DNA of 64,000 nt from an uncultured Leptospiraceae bacterium (GTDB lineage: Bacteria; Spirochaetota; UBA4802; UB4802), in assembly GCA_964345775.1 (NCBI GenBank), contig CAYFSO010000002.1, positions 15,679 to 79,678 of the forward strand, read 5' to 3'. The position numbers were made by a program, and so were the translations under genes. The notes beneath the pieces were generated by a model, which saw only the letters and a list, made by a program, of their open reading frames with translations, was not told where the DNA came from and searched no databases. This document shows positions 52,776 through 61,650 of this stretch, piece by piece. The first letter of the stretch is position 1, and every line of letters starts with the position of its first letter.

Positions 52776-54014
52776 ATGGAAAAATCAATAACCTATCCTT
52801 TACAGATAGGGCCTACACATCCGGCATTCAAGGAACCAGTACGATTCTCTTTCAGGATGGACGGGGAGCGAGTATCGGATGTTGATATAGACCTGGGGTA
52901 TACCCACAGGGCCATCGAGGTAATTTCGAAAGAACGTAATTTCATCCAGACCATTTATCTGCTGGAACGGATATGTGGTATCTGCTCTGTGTCACATCCC
53001 CTGGCGTATTGCCTGGCAGTGGAGGAGGTGGCAGGGATGGAGGTCCCTCCCCGTGCAAAGTATATACGTACGATAGTGGGTGAGCTCGAACGCCTTCATT
53101 CGCACCTGTTGTGGGCAGGGGTTGCCGCCCACGAGATCGGGTTTGACACCCTCTTCCTCTATACATGGAATATCCGCGAGAAGGTGCTTGACTGTCTGGA
53201 ACAGTTCACCGGTAACAGGGTTAATTACGCGCTGCTTACTATTGGTGGAGTACGCCGGGATATTACGGAAGAGGTTTTCCCCGTAATCGAGGAGACGCTG
53301 GAATACTATACCGAACTGTTTCAGCGTGCATCAGAGATACTGCTTGATGACCAGAGCATACGTTTCAGATGTGAAGGGACGGGTATACTCACATATGAAC
53401 AGGCTGTCGCGTTATGTGCGGTGGGACCCAACGCACGTGCCTCGGGACTGGCGAAGGATGTCAGGGTGGATTACCCGATACTGGCGTACCCGGACATGGA
53501 CTGGCTTAAGCCGGTAACCCCCAGGGACATTGGAAAGGAACCGGTTGGTGACGTGTATGACCGCATGGTGGTCAGGGTGATGGAGATCAGGCAGTCGGTG
53601 GATATTATACGATACTGCCTGGATAACCTGCCTGACGGCCCAATCGCGCTGGAAAAAGGTGCCATTAAGATTATAAACAAGCTTAAGAAAGTGCAGGGAG
53701 AAGGTATAGGCCGTTACGAGGCCCCCAGGGGAGAGGTGGCCCATTACGATATTCTTGATCTGAACGAGTGCCCGGTGCAGATGAAGGTAAAGGCACCAAC
53801 GTATTCCAATGCCTTCACATGGGTACCCATGCTGCAGGGGACGGAAATAGCGGATATCCCCATCGTTATCGCATCAATTGACCCCTGTGTAGCCTGTGCT
53901 GACCGCATGACCATACTCAGGAATGACGGTTCAGTGGAAGCATTGAACGCAGAGTATTTACACAACCTGAGCGTTAAAAAGATGAAGGAGGTTAGGTCCC
54001 GATGCAGTGGTTGA
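52776..54014 (+). CDS. Group-4 [NiFe]-hydrogenase large subunit, NuoD-like (MbhL-like)
   Basis: N-terminal Ni-Fe ligand motif RICGICSVSH and C-terminal DPCVACADR, followed by a 34-aa C-terminal extension. Confidence 0.92.
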   Translation: MEKSITYPLQIGPTHPAFKEPVRFSFRMDGERVSDVDIDLGYTHRAIEVISKERNFIQTIYLLERICGICSVSHPLAYCLAVEEVAGMEVPPRAKYIRTIVGELERLHSHLLWAGVAAHEIGFDTLFLYTWNIREKVLDCLEQFTGNRVNYALLTIGGVRRDITEEVFPVIEETLEYYTELFQRASEILLDDQSIRFRCEGTGILTYEQAVALCAVGPNARASGLAKDVRVDYPILAYPDMDWLKPVTPRDIGKEPVGDVYDRMVVRVMEIRQSVDIIRYCLDNLPDGPIALEKGAIKIINKLKKVQGEGIGRYEAPRGEVAHYDILDLNECPVQMKVKAPTYSNAFTWVPMLQGTEIADIPIVIASIDPCVACADRMTILRNDGSVEALNAEYLHNLSVKKMKEVRSRCSG

Positions 54015-55036
54015 TATATATATTTGTCATACCTGTAACGGTGCTTATTGCGGGCGGGATAATCGGACTGTACGCGAAGGGGATAGACCGCAAGTTGGCC
54101 GCCTATTACCAGTCCCGTATCGGCCCGCCGGTACGACAGCCGTTTTATGATATCAGCAAGCTGATGCAAAAGCAGACCATAATACCTGAAAATGCGGTTG
54201 GGTGGATATTCAGGGGAGCGCCTTACATGGCACTTGCTTCCAGTGTTATTTTGCTTGTATACGTGCTTGTCCCGTACTTCGCGTGGATCGGTGGTGCCGA
54301 TTTCTTTTTCAGCAACAGTGGTGATATTATCCTGGTGCTGTACCTTTTGATGATCCCATCAATAGCACTGGTTGCCGGAGGGTTCGCATCGGGCTCACCA
54401 TATGCAACTGTTGGGGCACAGCGTGAAATGGTTATACTCATGTGTGTAGAACTGCCTCTGGCGGTAATCGCGGTTACGTTCGCCTGGCGTTTGTCTAACG
54501 TTGCACCCGCTTTACCGCCGTTTTCTCTTGTTACCATGACAAGTCATCCGTTATGGACGGGCATGGGGCCCTTCGGCATACTGGGAGGAATGCTGCTGGC
54601 ACTGTCAATGGCGGTGGTGATACCGGCCGAACTCGCAAAGATACCCTTTGACCAGGCGGAAGCGGAGACCGAGATAGCCGAGGGGCTTCTTGCAGAATAT
54701 TCCGGTAAATACCTGGCCTTTTACCAGGTAGCTGATGGTGTAAAGTCGCTCGCGGTAATTTCTCTGGCGGTGATATTGTTTTTTCCCCACGGATTTACGC
54801 AGATGACGGGTTACGTGGTGCAGCCGGGCGGGATGGATATTACCCTCCTGGTTGATACGGGCCTATTCATGGCGAAGGTGTTTGCTGTCTATTTCGTCTC
54901 GGTTACAACCGTACGAATAGCCATGGCGAGGTTCAAAATTTCACAGGTTGCAAAACTGTTTTTGATCACCATAACCGTTATGTGTTTGGCCGGTTACGTG
55001 TTGATCACGCTTGATCCGGTTATTGCAACACTTTGA
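54002..55036 (+). CDS. NuoH-like membrane subunit (MbhM-like)
   Basis: 344 aa polytopic, NuoH/HycD pattern. Confidence 0.8.
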   Translation: MQWLIYIFVIPVTVLIAGGIIGLYAKGIDRKLAAYYQSRIGPPVRQPFYDISKLMQKQTIIPENAVGWIFRGAPYMALASSVILLVYVLVPYFAWIGGADFFFSNSGDIILVLYLLMIPSIALVAGGFASGSPYATVGAQREMVILMCVELPLAVIAVTFAWRLSNVAPALPPFSLVTMTSHPLWTGMGPFGILGGMLLALSMAVVIPAELAKIPFDQAEAETEIAEGLLAEYSGKYLAFYQVADGVKSLAVISLAVILFFPHGFTQMTGYVVQPGGMDITLLVDTGLFMAKVFAVYFVSVTTVRIAMARFKISQVAKLFLITITVMCLAGYVLITLDPVIATL

Positions 55037-55054
55037 TTCACGAGGAGCGCAACA

Positions 55055-55489
55055 ATGCTTGGTGCAGTATATAAAGTAATTGAACAGTTTTTTTCAAACA
55101 AATCAACCAATCTTTTCCCGGTAAAATATATTCCCGAATCAACCGGGGATATGCTTCAAGATGGCGGGATCAACCCACCGGTACCTCTACCGGAAGGCAT
55201 AAGGGGCCGGCTTGCGTATGATTATGATACCTGTATAGGGTGTGCCATGTGTGAAAAAGTGTGCCCTGCCAGGGCCATTGAGCTTTATCCCGTAAAGGCG
55301 GGTGAAAAGAAATCAAAGCGTATAGTAATATTTCTTTCACGGTGTACCTATTGTGGCGAATGTGTTGATATCTGTCCCAAGAACTGTATAACCATGGAAA
55401 AATTCGTGTTCATGGCCGGTTACGATAAATACGGGGATGAAATGATTATCGGATCTGCTGAACGGGTGAAGAACGAGATTGAAGATTAA
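55055..55489 (+). CDS. NuoI-like 2x[4Fe-4S] ferredoxin subunit (MbhN-like)
   Basis: Two CxxCxxCxxxCP motifs (CIGCAMCEKVCP, CTYCGECVDICP). Confidence 0.85.
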   Translation: MLGAVYKVIEQFFSNKSTNLFPVKYIPESTGDMLQDGGINPPVPLPEGIRGRLAYDYDTCIGCAMCEKVCPARAIELYPVKAGEKKSKRIVIFLSRCTYCGECVDICPKNCITMEKFVFMAGYDKYGDEMIIGSAERVKNEIED

Positions 55490-55500
55490 GGCTGAAAGCT

Positions 55501-55764
55501 GTGTTCAGAAAAAAGAAAATTCGAGTTACCATAAAGCTATACAGCGGATTACATAAGGATGCCGGGTTGAAAGAGTATGATCCTTACAGTGGCATTGTGC
55601 AGGAAGTGAATTCCGGCACCAGGGTACGGAAAATTGTAAAGGAACTCGGCATCCCGCATCCATATTCACTGGCGTATTTTATAAACGGTGAACGTGTTGG
55701 TCTCTGGAAAAAGATGCATGATGGTGATGAGCTTTCCTGTTTCAGACCATCTGGCGGTGGTTGA
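55501..55764 (+). CDS. MoaD/ThiS-family beta-grasp sulfur-carrier-like protein with C-terminal Gly-Gly
   Basis: 87 aa ending ...DGDELSCFRPSGGG, the ThiS/MoaD pattern. Lies 12 nt after the mbhN-like stop. Confidence 0.55.
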   Translation: MFRKKKIRVTIKLYSGLHKDAGLKEYDPYSGIVQEVNSGTRVRKIVKELGIPHPYSLAYFINGERVGLWKKMHDGDELSCFRPSGGG

Positions 55765-55767
55765 GCT

Positions 55768-56499
55768 TCATAAAAGGTAATCATCCAGCCTGTGAGAAAG
55801 AGACCGGAATATATTGGTGCGCGCGTTCTTGTAAAGCCTGTCACAATGCTTCAACATTTCCTTCACATCCGATCTTTTCGTGTCTTTTTTATACGGGCAC
55901 TTGTTCTCGTACCCATTGAAATCTTTAAGGTTCCTGTACCAGATCACTTCCTTCTCGGAAAGATAGGCCAGGGGCCGTATTATTTCCAATTCCCCATCGA
56001 ATAATTCAAGACGTGGTGGCATGGTTGACATGTTCCCATGGTATACCATGTTCATAATAAATGTTTCCAGTATGTCGTCACGATGATGCCCAAAAGCGAT
56101 CTTTTTGCATCCAAGATCCCGGGCCAGAGTAAAAAGGGTTTTCCTTCTATGCCATGAACAAATAAAACAGGGTGTTTTGCTGGTATCGGAAAAATCCAGT
56201 GTAACCCGGCATACATGAAAATCTATGTTATAGGATTCGCAAAATCTTCCATAGTCTTCAACCTCGTCTCCACTGGTAAAATTGGTAACATGTACGTATG
56301 CAGTATGAATGGTATAGTTCACGGGCATATGAATGCGTCGTTGTGCAAGGGCGTCAAGCAGGACCATGGAGTCCTTCCCCCCTGAAAAAGCGACCAGCAC
56401 CGAATCGTCTGCCTTGATCATGGAGTAATCGTTTATTGCGCTGCCAACTTTTCTGCGAAGGCGCCCAAGGTACTTTTTTTCTTTATTATTTTTCATCAA
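55768..56499 (-). CDS. ttcA: tRNA 2-thiocytidine(32) synthetase TtcA
   Basis: PP-loop SGGKDS, GHHRDDILET, MPPRL, IRPLAYLSEKE and CxxC/C cluster ligands, all close to E. coli TtcA. Confidence 0.85.
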   Translation of the reverse strand: MMKNNKEKKYLGRLRRKVGSAINDYSMIKADDSVLVAFSGGKDSMVLLDALAQRRIHMPVNYTIHTAYVHVTNFTSGDEVEDYGRFCESYNIDFHVCRVTLDFSDTSKTPCFICSWHRRKTLFTLARDLGCKKIAFGHHRDDILETFIMNMVYHGNMSTMPPRLELFDGELEIIRPLAYLSEKEVIWYRNLKDFNGYENKCPYKKDTKRSDVKEMLKHCDRLYKNARTNIFRSLSHRLDDYLL

Positions 56500-56680
56500 A
56501 AACGTTTAAAACCTCAATTAAATATATCAAGTATATCACGAATACGAAAAAACATTAGCATGGATAAGTTATGATATTATCAATTTTTGAAAAAACTGGT
56601 TAAAAATGATTGATAAGTCAAATTAAAATTTTTACAATGCTATAAGTAATCAAGAGATACTATTTTTCAGGAAGGTTGCC

Positions 56681-57037
56681 ATGGCGAAGGCTATGATCGT
56701 GGATGATTCGAAGTTCATGAGGCGCATTATCAGGGAAACCCTTGAAGAAGGCGGTCATGAGATAGCGGCTGAAGTTGATAATGGTGTTGATGCGATAACC
56801 ATGTACAACGACATGAAACCGGATTTTGTCACAATGGATATCACCATGTGGGGAAAGGATGGATTAATGGCAATAGAGGAGATATCAGAGAAATTTCCTG
56901 ACGCGAGAATTGTGGTCATATCCGCACTTAACGAAAAAACGTTACGGCTCAACGAGAAGAATATCAACGCAAGGGCATTCCTTACAAAGCCCTTTGATAA
57001 ACAAGAACTTCTTGATGTTGTCAACAAGATCATATGA
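56681..57037 (+). CDS. Single-domain response regulator (CheY-like receiver)
   Basis: 118 aa with DD...D...T...K receiver residues (IVDDS, TMDITM, K in LTKPF). Confidence 0.85.
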   Translation: MAKAMIVDDSKFMRRIIRETLEEGGHEIAAEVDNGVDAITMYNDMKPDFVTMDITMWGKDGLMAIEEISEKFPDARIVVISALNEKTLRLNEKNINARAFLTKPFDKQELLDVVNKII

Positions 57038-58092
57038 CCTCGAACCAGTATATACAGCTGTATCAAATCAATACCGTACCCGGTGAAGCATACCTGTTAA
57101 ATGGCGGGCAGGTATTTTTTTTTGTATCTGAAAGCGACAAATACATTATAAAAGGGAAGAATGTAATTGTTGGTGCAACAGAGCTCATTTTAAAAGAGAA
57201 AGACCCCTCCATCTCCAGGCTGGAAACCGCAATTTCCACAAGGGATGCTTCCATTAAAAAGATTACACAGGAGCGCTTTTTACAGGGCCTTAATGTATTC
57301 TCATTTCTTCTAAACGTATCAATGGTTATTGCCAAACAGGTGGTGCTAACCAATAATATCATGAACAATAATGTATCAGGCCTTGATCCCGACCAGGCAA
57401 GGGACAAGGATAACTGCATTGCGTATTTTCGCATAGTTTCAAAACTAAGAGATGAATATGATAAACGAAGGCTTCCCTGGTTGAAAGAGCTTGTCTCCAG
57501 GTTTGAAACCAGCCTGACCTACAAGAAAGGTGAAGCATTCAGCAGAACTGATGAACCGGTATTGATATCAACTCCGCATGAGCTTTCTGATAACATGATA
57601 GAGTACAATACCGGATCATTTATATTCGAAGAAGAAGACATCGGAGATGAGATGTACATTTTGGAATCGGGAACGCTGGATGTGTTGATTCACGGTAAAA
57701 AAGTAGCGACGTTACAGGACAAGGGTTCTGTAATCGGGGAAATAGCCATGTTGCTTGGACAGAAACGAACAGCATCACTGCAGGCACGTAACAACGTTGT
57801 GGTAACGCGTGTAACAAAAGAGAAACTGAAAAGTACTTCAGGGCAGGAGGGGGTACAGGTATTGAAATCAGTTGCAATTTCTCTTGCAATGAAACACAGT
57901 AACAACATTATTCGTATTCACGAGATAAATGAAAGCCTTGCTGAAAAGTATTTTGGCGGGGATGCCGAAGAGAAAGTACCGGGATCTCTTGACCAGTCAA
58001 AGAACTACACGGAACTATTATCTCTTAAAAACGCGGTTGAAAAAATTGCCCAGCAGAAGGATGCTGATTACCTTGCTGACATCCTTCGCTGA
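57034..58092 (+). CDS. Protein with cyclic-nucleotide-binding domain(s), no DNA-binding domain
   Basis: C-terminal cNMP-binding fold (GDEMYILESGTLDV...GEIAML...RTASLQA) and a degenerate N-terminal copy. Start overlaps the CheY stop (ATGA). Confidence 0.6.
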   Translation: MTSNQYIQLYQINTVPGEAYLLNGGQVFFFVSESDKYIIKGKNVIVGATELILKEKDPSISRLETAISTRDASIKKITQERFLQGLNVFSFLLNVSMVIAKQVVLTNNIMNNNVSGLDPDQARDKDNCIAYFRIVSKLRDEYDKRRLPWLKELVSRFETSLTYKKGEAFSRTDEPVLISTPHELSDNMIEYNTGSFIFEEEDIGDEMYILESGTLDVLIHGKKVATLQDKGSVIGEIAMLLGQKRTASLQARNNVVVTRVTKEKLKSTSGQEGVQVLKSVAISLAMKHSNNIIRIHEINESLAEKYFGGDAEEKVPGSLDQSKNYTELLSLKNAVEKIAQQKDADYLADILR

Positions 58093-58118
58093 TCAATTCC
58101 AATTCAGGGAAACTGCGT

Positions 58119-58658
58119 TTAAGTAAGCGCGATTTCACCCTTTTTAAGGGATTTCAGCCAGTTCATTTCTGCTTTCAGGTGGTTCTCAAGGTATGAGTAT
58201 ACATGAACCTGGGAATTATCTTCGGGATCCTTCTGTTCTTCAGCGATCTTTTCCATGATAATATCCATTTTTTCCTTGATAAATTCCATCCTGTCCTCAA
58301 CGAACTGTTCTTTCTGGTCATCACTGAGACTGTTCAGGAACATCAGTACGATATCAATATCAAAATGGATCATGTTATGCTCGAAATACTGCTTGAGCAT
58401 TTTCTTGTAGTACTTTCTCCCTGCGGGCATGATCTGGTAAATGTAACGTTCGGGATTACCGCCTTCCTTTTCAGTCCCGACTTTTTTGACCCATCCGTTC
58501 TCTACGGATTTCTTGATGGCATAATAGATTGAACCGAATTTGATATCTACGTAGTCTTCCAGTCGTTCGACAATCTTTTTCTTGATTTCATAACCGTAGA
58601 GGTTTTCTTCCATGAGCAGTCCGAGTATGGTGATTTCAATTTTCATGGTGTACCTCAC
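58119..58658 (-). CDS. PadR-family transcriptional regulator with extended C-terminal domain
   Basis: N-terminal winged HTH with PadR signature (LLMEENLYGYEI...GWV). Confidence 0.75.
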   Translation of the reverse strand: MRYTMKIEITILGLLMEENLYGYEIKKKIVERLEDYVDIKFGSIYYAIKKSVENGWVKKVGTEKEGGNPERYIYQIMPAGRKYYKKMLKQYFEHNMIHFDIDIVLMFLNSLSDDQKEQFVEDRMEFIKEKMDIIMEKIAEEQKDPEDNSQVHVYSYLENHLKAEMNWLKSLKKGEIALT

Positions 58659-58863
58659 ATCGCCTTTTCATTTTAATAATGATAATAATATAAATTAATA
58701 TATTAAAGAAATCAATGACATTATGTAATATAATAAAAAAAACATTCATAAAATTTAAATTTTATTATAAAATATTAAACCATGATAGTCAAAATTTAAT
58801 ACTATTGAAAGGGACGCGTGTTGCAGCATTTGAAAGGATAAATAGATGTTGTTATATTTATAG

Positions 58864-58879
58864 TGACGTAATAGCGTCA
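58864..58879. promoter_or_regulatory. Inverted repeat TGACG-N6-CGTCA in the divergent PadR / flagellin-like intergenic region, 22 nt upstream of the flagellin-like start codon
   Basis: Read directly. The 5-bp arms are perfectly complementary. Confidence 0.3.
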
Positions 58880-58900
58880 ATATACCATGGCGAATGAAAA

Positions 58901-59734
58901 ATGCAAGACAATATAAATAAAATATCACGGTTTATGCTTTTTCCACTATTGCTGGTAAGTATAACCATTTTTCCGGGAGCTGGTAGTGGGGATCCCATGT
59001 CCTACATGATAATGCCCAAGGCCAGTAACGTGGTTATTTACGGCAGTGGCAGCGACTATTTCGTTGTAAGGAAACAACATTTTCTGAATATGAATATACG
59101 GGAAAATATTCAAAAGCTTTCATCGGGTCTCAGGATTGTTACTCCCCAGGTTGATCCTGCAGGGTTCGCCGTTGCAGAGAAAATGGAATCCATACTGCAG
59201 CAGGTTAAGCAGCAATCAGTGAACGAAGAAGACATGCGGAATTACATGAAATTCGTAGAATCTGCATTGAAACAGGACTCCGATATACTTATGAGAATGC
59301 GTCAGCTGGTTTTGCGTGCATCGGGGGGAATTTTAAATACAGATGATCGGCAACTGGTGCAATCTGAAATTGACATGATGAAAGAGGCGATAAACCATAA
59401 TGCACGGTTCAGCACGTTTAACACCAAAAAGGTTATTCCCGATCTAACAGCTGATGAACTGGGAGTACAGGATGTGAACGTGGTGAGAACCCCTCACCAT
59501 GCAATTGATAAAATTGATAATGCCATGCAAAGGATACAGCGTATGCGATCCCGGCTGGGTACGCAGGATAATATTCTTAAGATGCGTATTCAGGGTAAAA
59601 AGCTATATTACGTAAACCTGCAGGCTGCGGAAAGCAATATCAGGGATCTTGACATGGCGTCAGAGATAAGAAAAATGATCACGAATAAGACACTTTTAAA
59701 AACCCAGTACGGCCTGATCCTCTATAACAAATAA
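58901..59734 (+). CDS. Flagellin-family protein (D0/D1 core only) with an N-terminal signal-peptide-like hydrophobic extension
   Basis: Flagellin N-domain (SSGLRI...DPAG.AVAEKM...MR.L...A..G) and C-domain (MRSRLGTQDN...NLQAAESNIRDLDMASEI) signatures. Residues 10-30 (FMLFPLLLVSITIFPGAGSG) look like a Sec signal. Confidence 0.7.
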   Translation: MQDNINKISRFMLFPLLLVSITIFPGAGSGDPMSYMIMPKASNVVIYGSGSDYFVVRKQHFLNMNIRENIQKLSSGLRIVTPQVDPAGFAVAEKMESILQQVKQQSVNEEDMRNYMKFVESALKQDSDILMRMRQLVLRASGGILNTDDRQLVQSEIDMMKEAINHNARFSTFNTKKVIPDLTADELGVQDVNVVRTPHHAIDKIDNAMQRIQRMRSRLGTQDNILKMRIQGKKLYYVNLQAAESNIRDLDMASEIRKMITNKTLLKTQYGLILYNK

Positions 59735-59755
59735 ATACCTAATTGAGCAGGTTGA

Positions 59756-60343
59756 TTACGAGGAAAGGTGCTTTAAAGTTGTCTTTATAAGGACTTCAAT
59801 TGATAAATCCGGTTCTGAAGAAAGTATATCTTCAAGTACCGGTACAATCTTCTTCTCTTCAAAGCCGAGAGATGTTAATGCTTCAACAGCTTCCGATTTT
59901 GCAGTAGTTGGAACTGCGGTGCCCGGTGAAAGAGCCTCAAGCTGCTTGATCTTTCTGTTCAACTCAAAAAGCAGTTTTTCTGCCTTGCTTTTCCCGATGC
60001 CCGGGATCTTGATAAGCCTGTCAACACGGTTTGCGTGCACGGATTCAATCAGTTCTGGAACAGTAATGCCGGATAGAATGGACAACGCCATTGATGGCCC
60101 GATACCGGTAATATGTATAAGGAGAATGAACAACTTGCGTTCTTCGGGGGTGGCAAAGCCAAAAAGTTTTATCAGGTCTTCCCTTACATGAGTATATACA
60201 TGCAGGGTGATTTCACCAGGTGAAACATGCATTGTCTCATAGGTTGATATGGGGATATGCAGATGATATCCTACGCCCTGCACATCCAGTATCATTTCGG
60301 TTGGTCTTAAATCGGTAATTATTCCCCGTAAACTTCCGATCAT
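59756..60343 (-). CDS. ruvA: Holliday junction DNA helicase RuvA
   Basis: N-terminal OB domain MIGSLRG..., HhH motifs (IPGIGKSKAEKL), C-terminal domain III. Confidence 0.9.
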   Translation of the reverse strand: MIGSLRGIITDLRPTEMILDVQGVGYHLHIPISTYETMHVSPGEITLHVYTHVREDLIKLFGFATPEERKLFILLIHITGIGPSMALSILSGITVPELIESVHANRVDRLIKIPGIGKSKAEKLLFELNRKIKQLEALSPGTAVPTTAKSEAVEALTSLGFEEKKIVPVLEDILSSEPDLSIEVLIKTTLKHLSS

Positions 60344-60349
60344 CGGATA

Positions 60350-60841
60350 TTAGCCTCCACTGCGTAGTATTGCCTTCTGGCGGTCCATGCCAAGTGAATG
60401 ACAGAGTGCTATGGCAAGTGCATCGGCTGCGTCATCAGGACTGGGAAGTGATTGCAGGTTTAGTATGCGTTTTATCATTGCCTGCATCTGCTCCTTGGGG
60501 GCGTGGCCATATCCTGTCAAAGCCTGCTTTACCTGTGTTGGTGTATATTCAGTATATTCGATGGCGTTCATTCGGAGGGTGAGAACTATAACACCAAGGG
60601 CCTGTGCAACGTTAATGACTGTCCTGGTATTTTTTGATACGTACAGCTTTTCAAGCCCACACACCGCAGGAGAGTGAGCATGTATAATATCAGTCAGATC
60701 CCGGTGAATGTGAAGAAGTCTCTCTTCAAGGGGTTCGGATGCAGCAGTTTCAATTACCCCGTAGCCCCTGACCATCATATCTTTTCCCATGACAGCCCAG
60801 CCACATCTGCCAAAACCAGGGTCAATACCAAGGATACTCAC
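60350..60841 (-). CDS. ruvC: Holliday junction resolvase RuvC
   Basis: MSILGIDPG catalytic N-terminus, conserved acidic residues, 163 aa. Confidence 0.9.
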   Translation of the reverse strand: MSILGIDPGFGRCGWAVMGKDMMVRGYGVIETAASEPLEERLLHIHRDLTDIIHAHSPAVCGLEKLYVSKNTRTVINVAQALGVIVLTLRMNAIEYTEYTPTQVKQALTGYGHAPKEQMQAMIKRILNLQSLPSPDDAADALAIALCHSLGMDRQKAILRSGG

Positions 60842-61593
60842 TGTCCCTCGCTTAAGTTTGCCATAACCTCGTCCGATATATCGTAGTTTGAATAGACATT
60901 CTGTACGTCATCATGATCTTCAAGGAGGTCAATAAGCTTCATGCATTGTCGTGCCTTCTGTTCATCAAGCGGGATGGTAGTCTGCGGCACGAAAGTTATG
61001 TCATTATAGGTGACCTGGTACCCGATATCTTTTATGGCTTCCAGCACGTCATTGAAAAATTCCGGCGGCATTGTCACTGTGATATTCCCATCCTCTGTCT
61101 TGATGTCCTCTATATCATGTTCAAGCAACTGCTCTATCACGTCATCTTCAGATATATCAGATCCATCGACCATGATGATGCCTTTCCTGTCGAAAAGATA
61201 TGATACACATCCATTTTCACCAAGGTTACCGTTGTTCTTGGAGAAGATGGTGCGAATTTCGGGCATGGTCCTGTTCTTGTTGTCAGTGAGTACATCAGCC
61301 ATTATAGCCACGCCACCCGGACCGTACCCCTCGTACCTTGTTTCTTCGTACGTTGAACCCTCGAGCGCGCCGGTTCCTTTTTTTATTGCACGGTCAATGT
61401 TATCATTGGGCATGTTGTTCTCACGTGCCTTGTTTACTGCGGTCCTGAGGCGGGAATTTGAGTTCAGGTCGTCCCCACCTTCCCTGGCGGAAACGGTTAT
61501 TTCTCGAATTAGCTTGGTAAATATCTTGCCCTTTTTGGCATCCTGGGATGCCTTTCTATGCTTGATATTTGCCCACTTGGAATGTCCAGCCAT
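60838..61593 (-). CDS. yebC: YebC/PmpR-family transcriptional regulator
   Basis: MAGHSKWANIKHRK signature N-terminus, 251 aa. Classic yebC-ruvC-ruvA order. Confidence 0.9.
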   Translation of the reverse strand: MAGHSKWANIKHRKASQDAKKGKIFTKLIREITVSAREGGDDLNSNSRLRTAVNKARENNMPNDNIDRAIKKGTGALEGSTYEETRYEGYGPGGVAIMADVLTDNKNRTMPEIRTIFSKNNGNLGENGCVSYLFDRKGIIMVDGSDISEDDVIEQLLEHDIEDIKTEDGNITVTMPPEFFNDVLEAIKDIGYQVTYNDITFVPQTTIPLDEQKARQCMKLIDLLEDHDDVQNVYSNYDISDEVMANLSEGQ

Positions 61594-61650
61594 GTAATAC
61601 CTCTGTTCATTAAATATACGATAACAATTGTAGCGAACGGATGCAATTTT

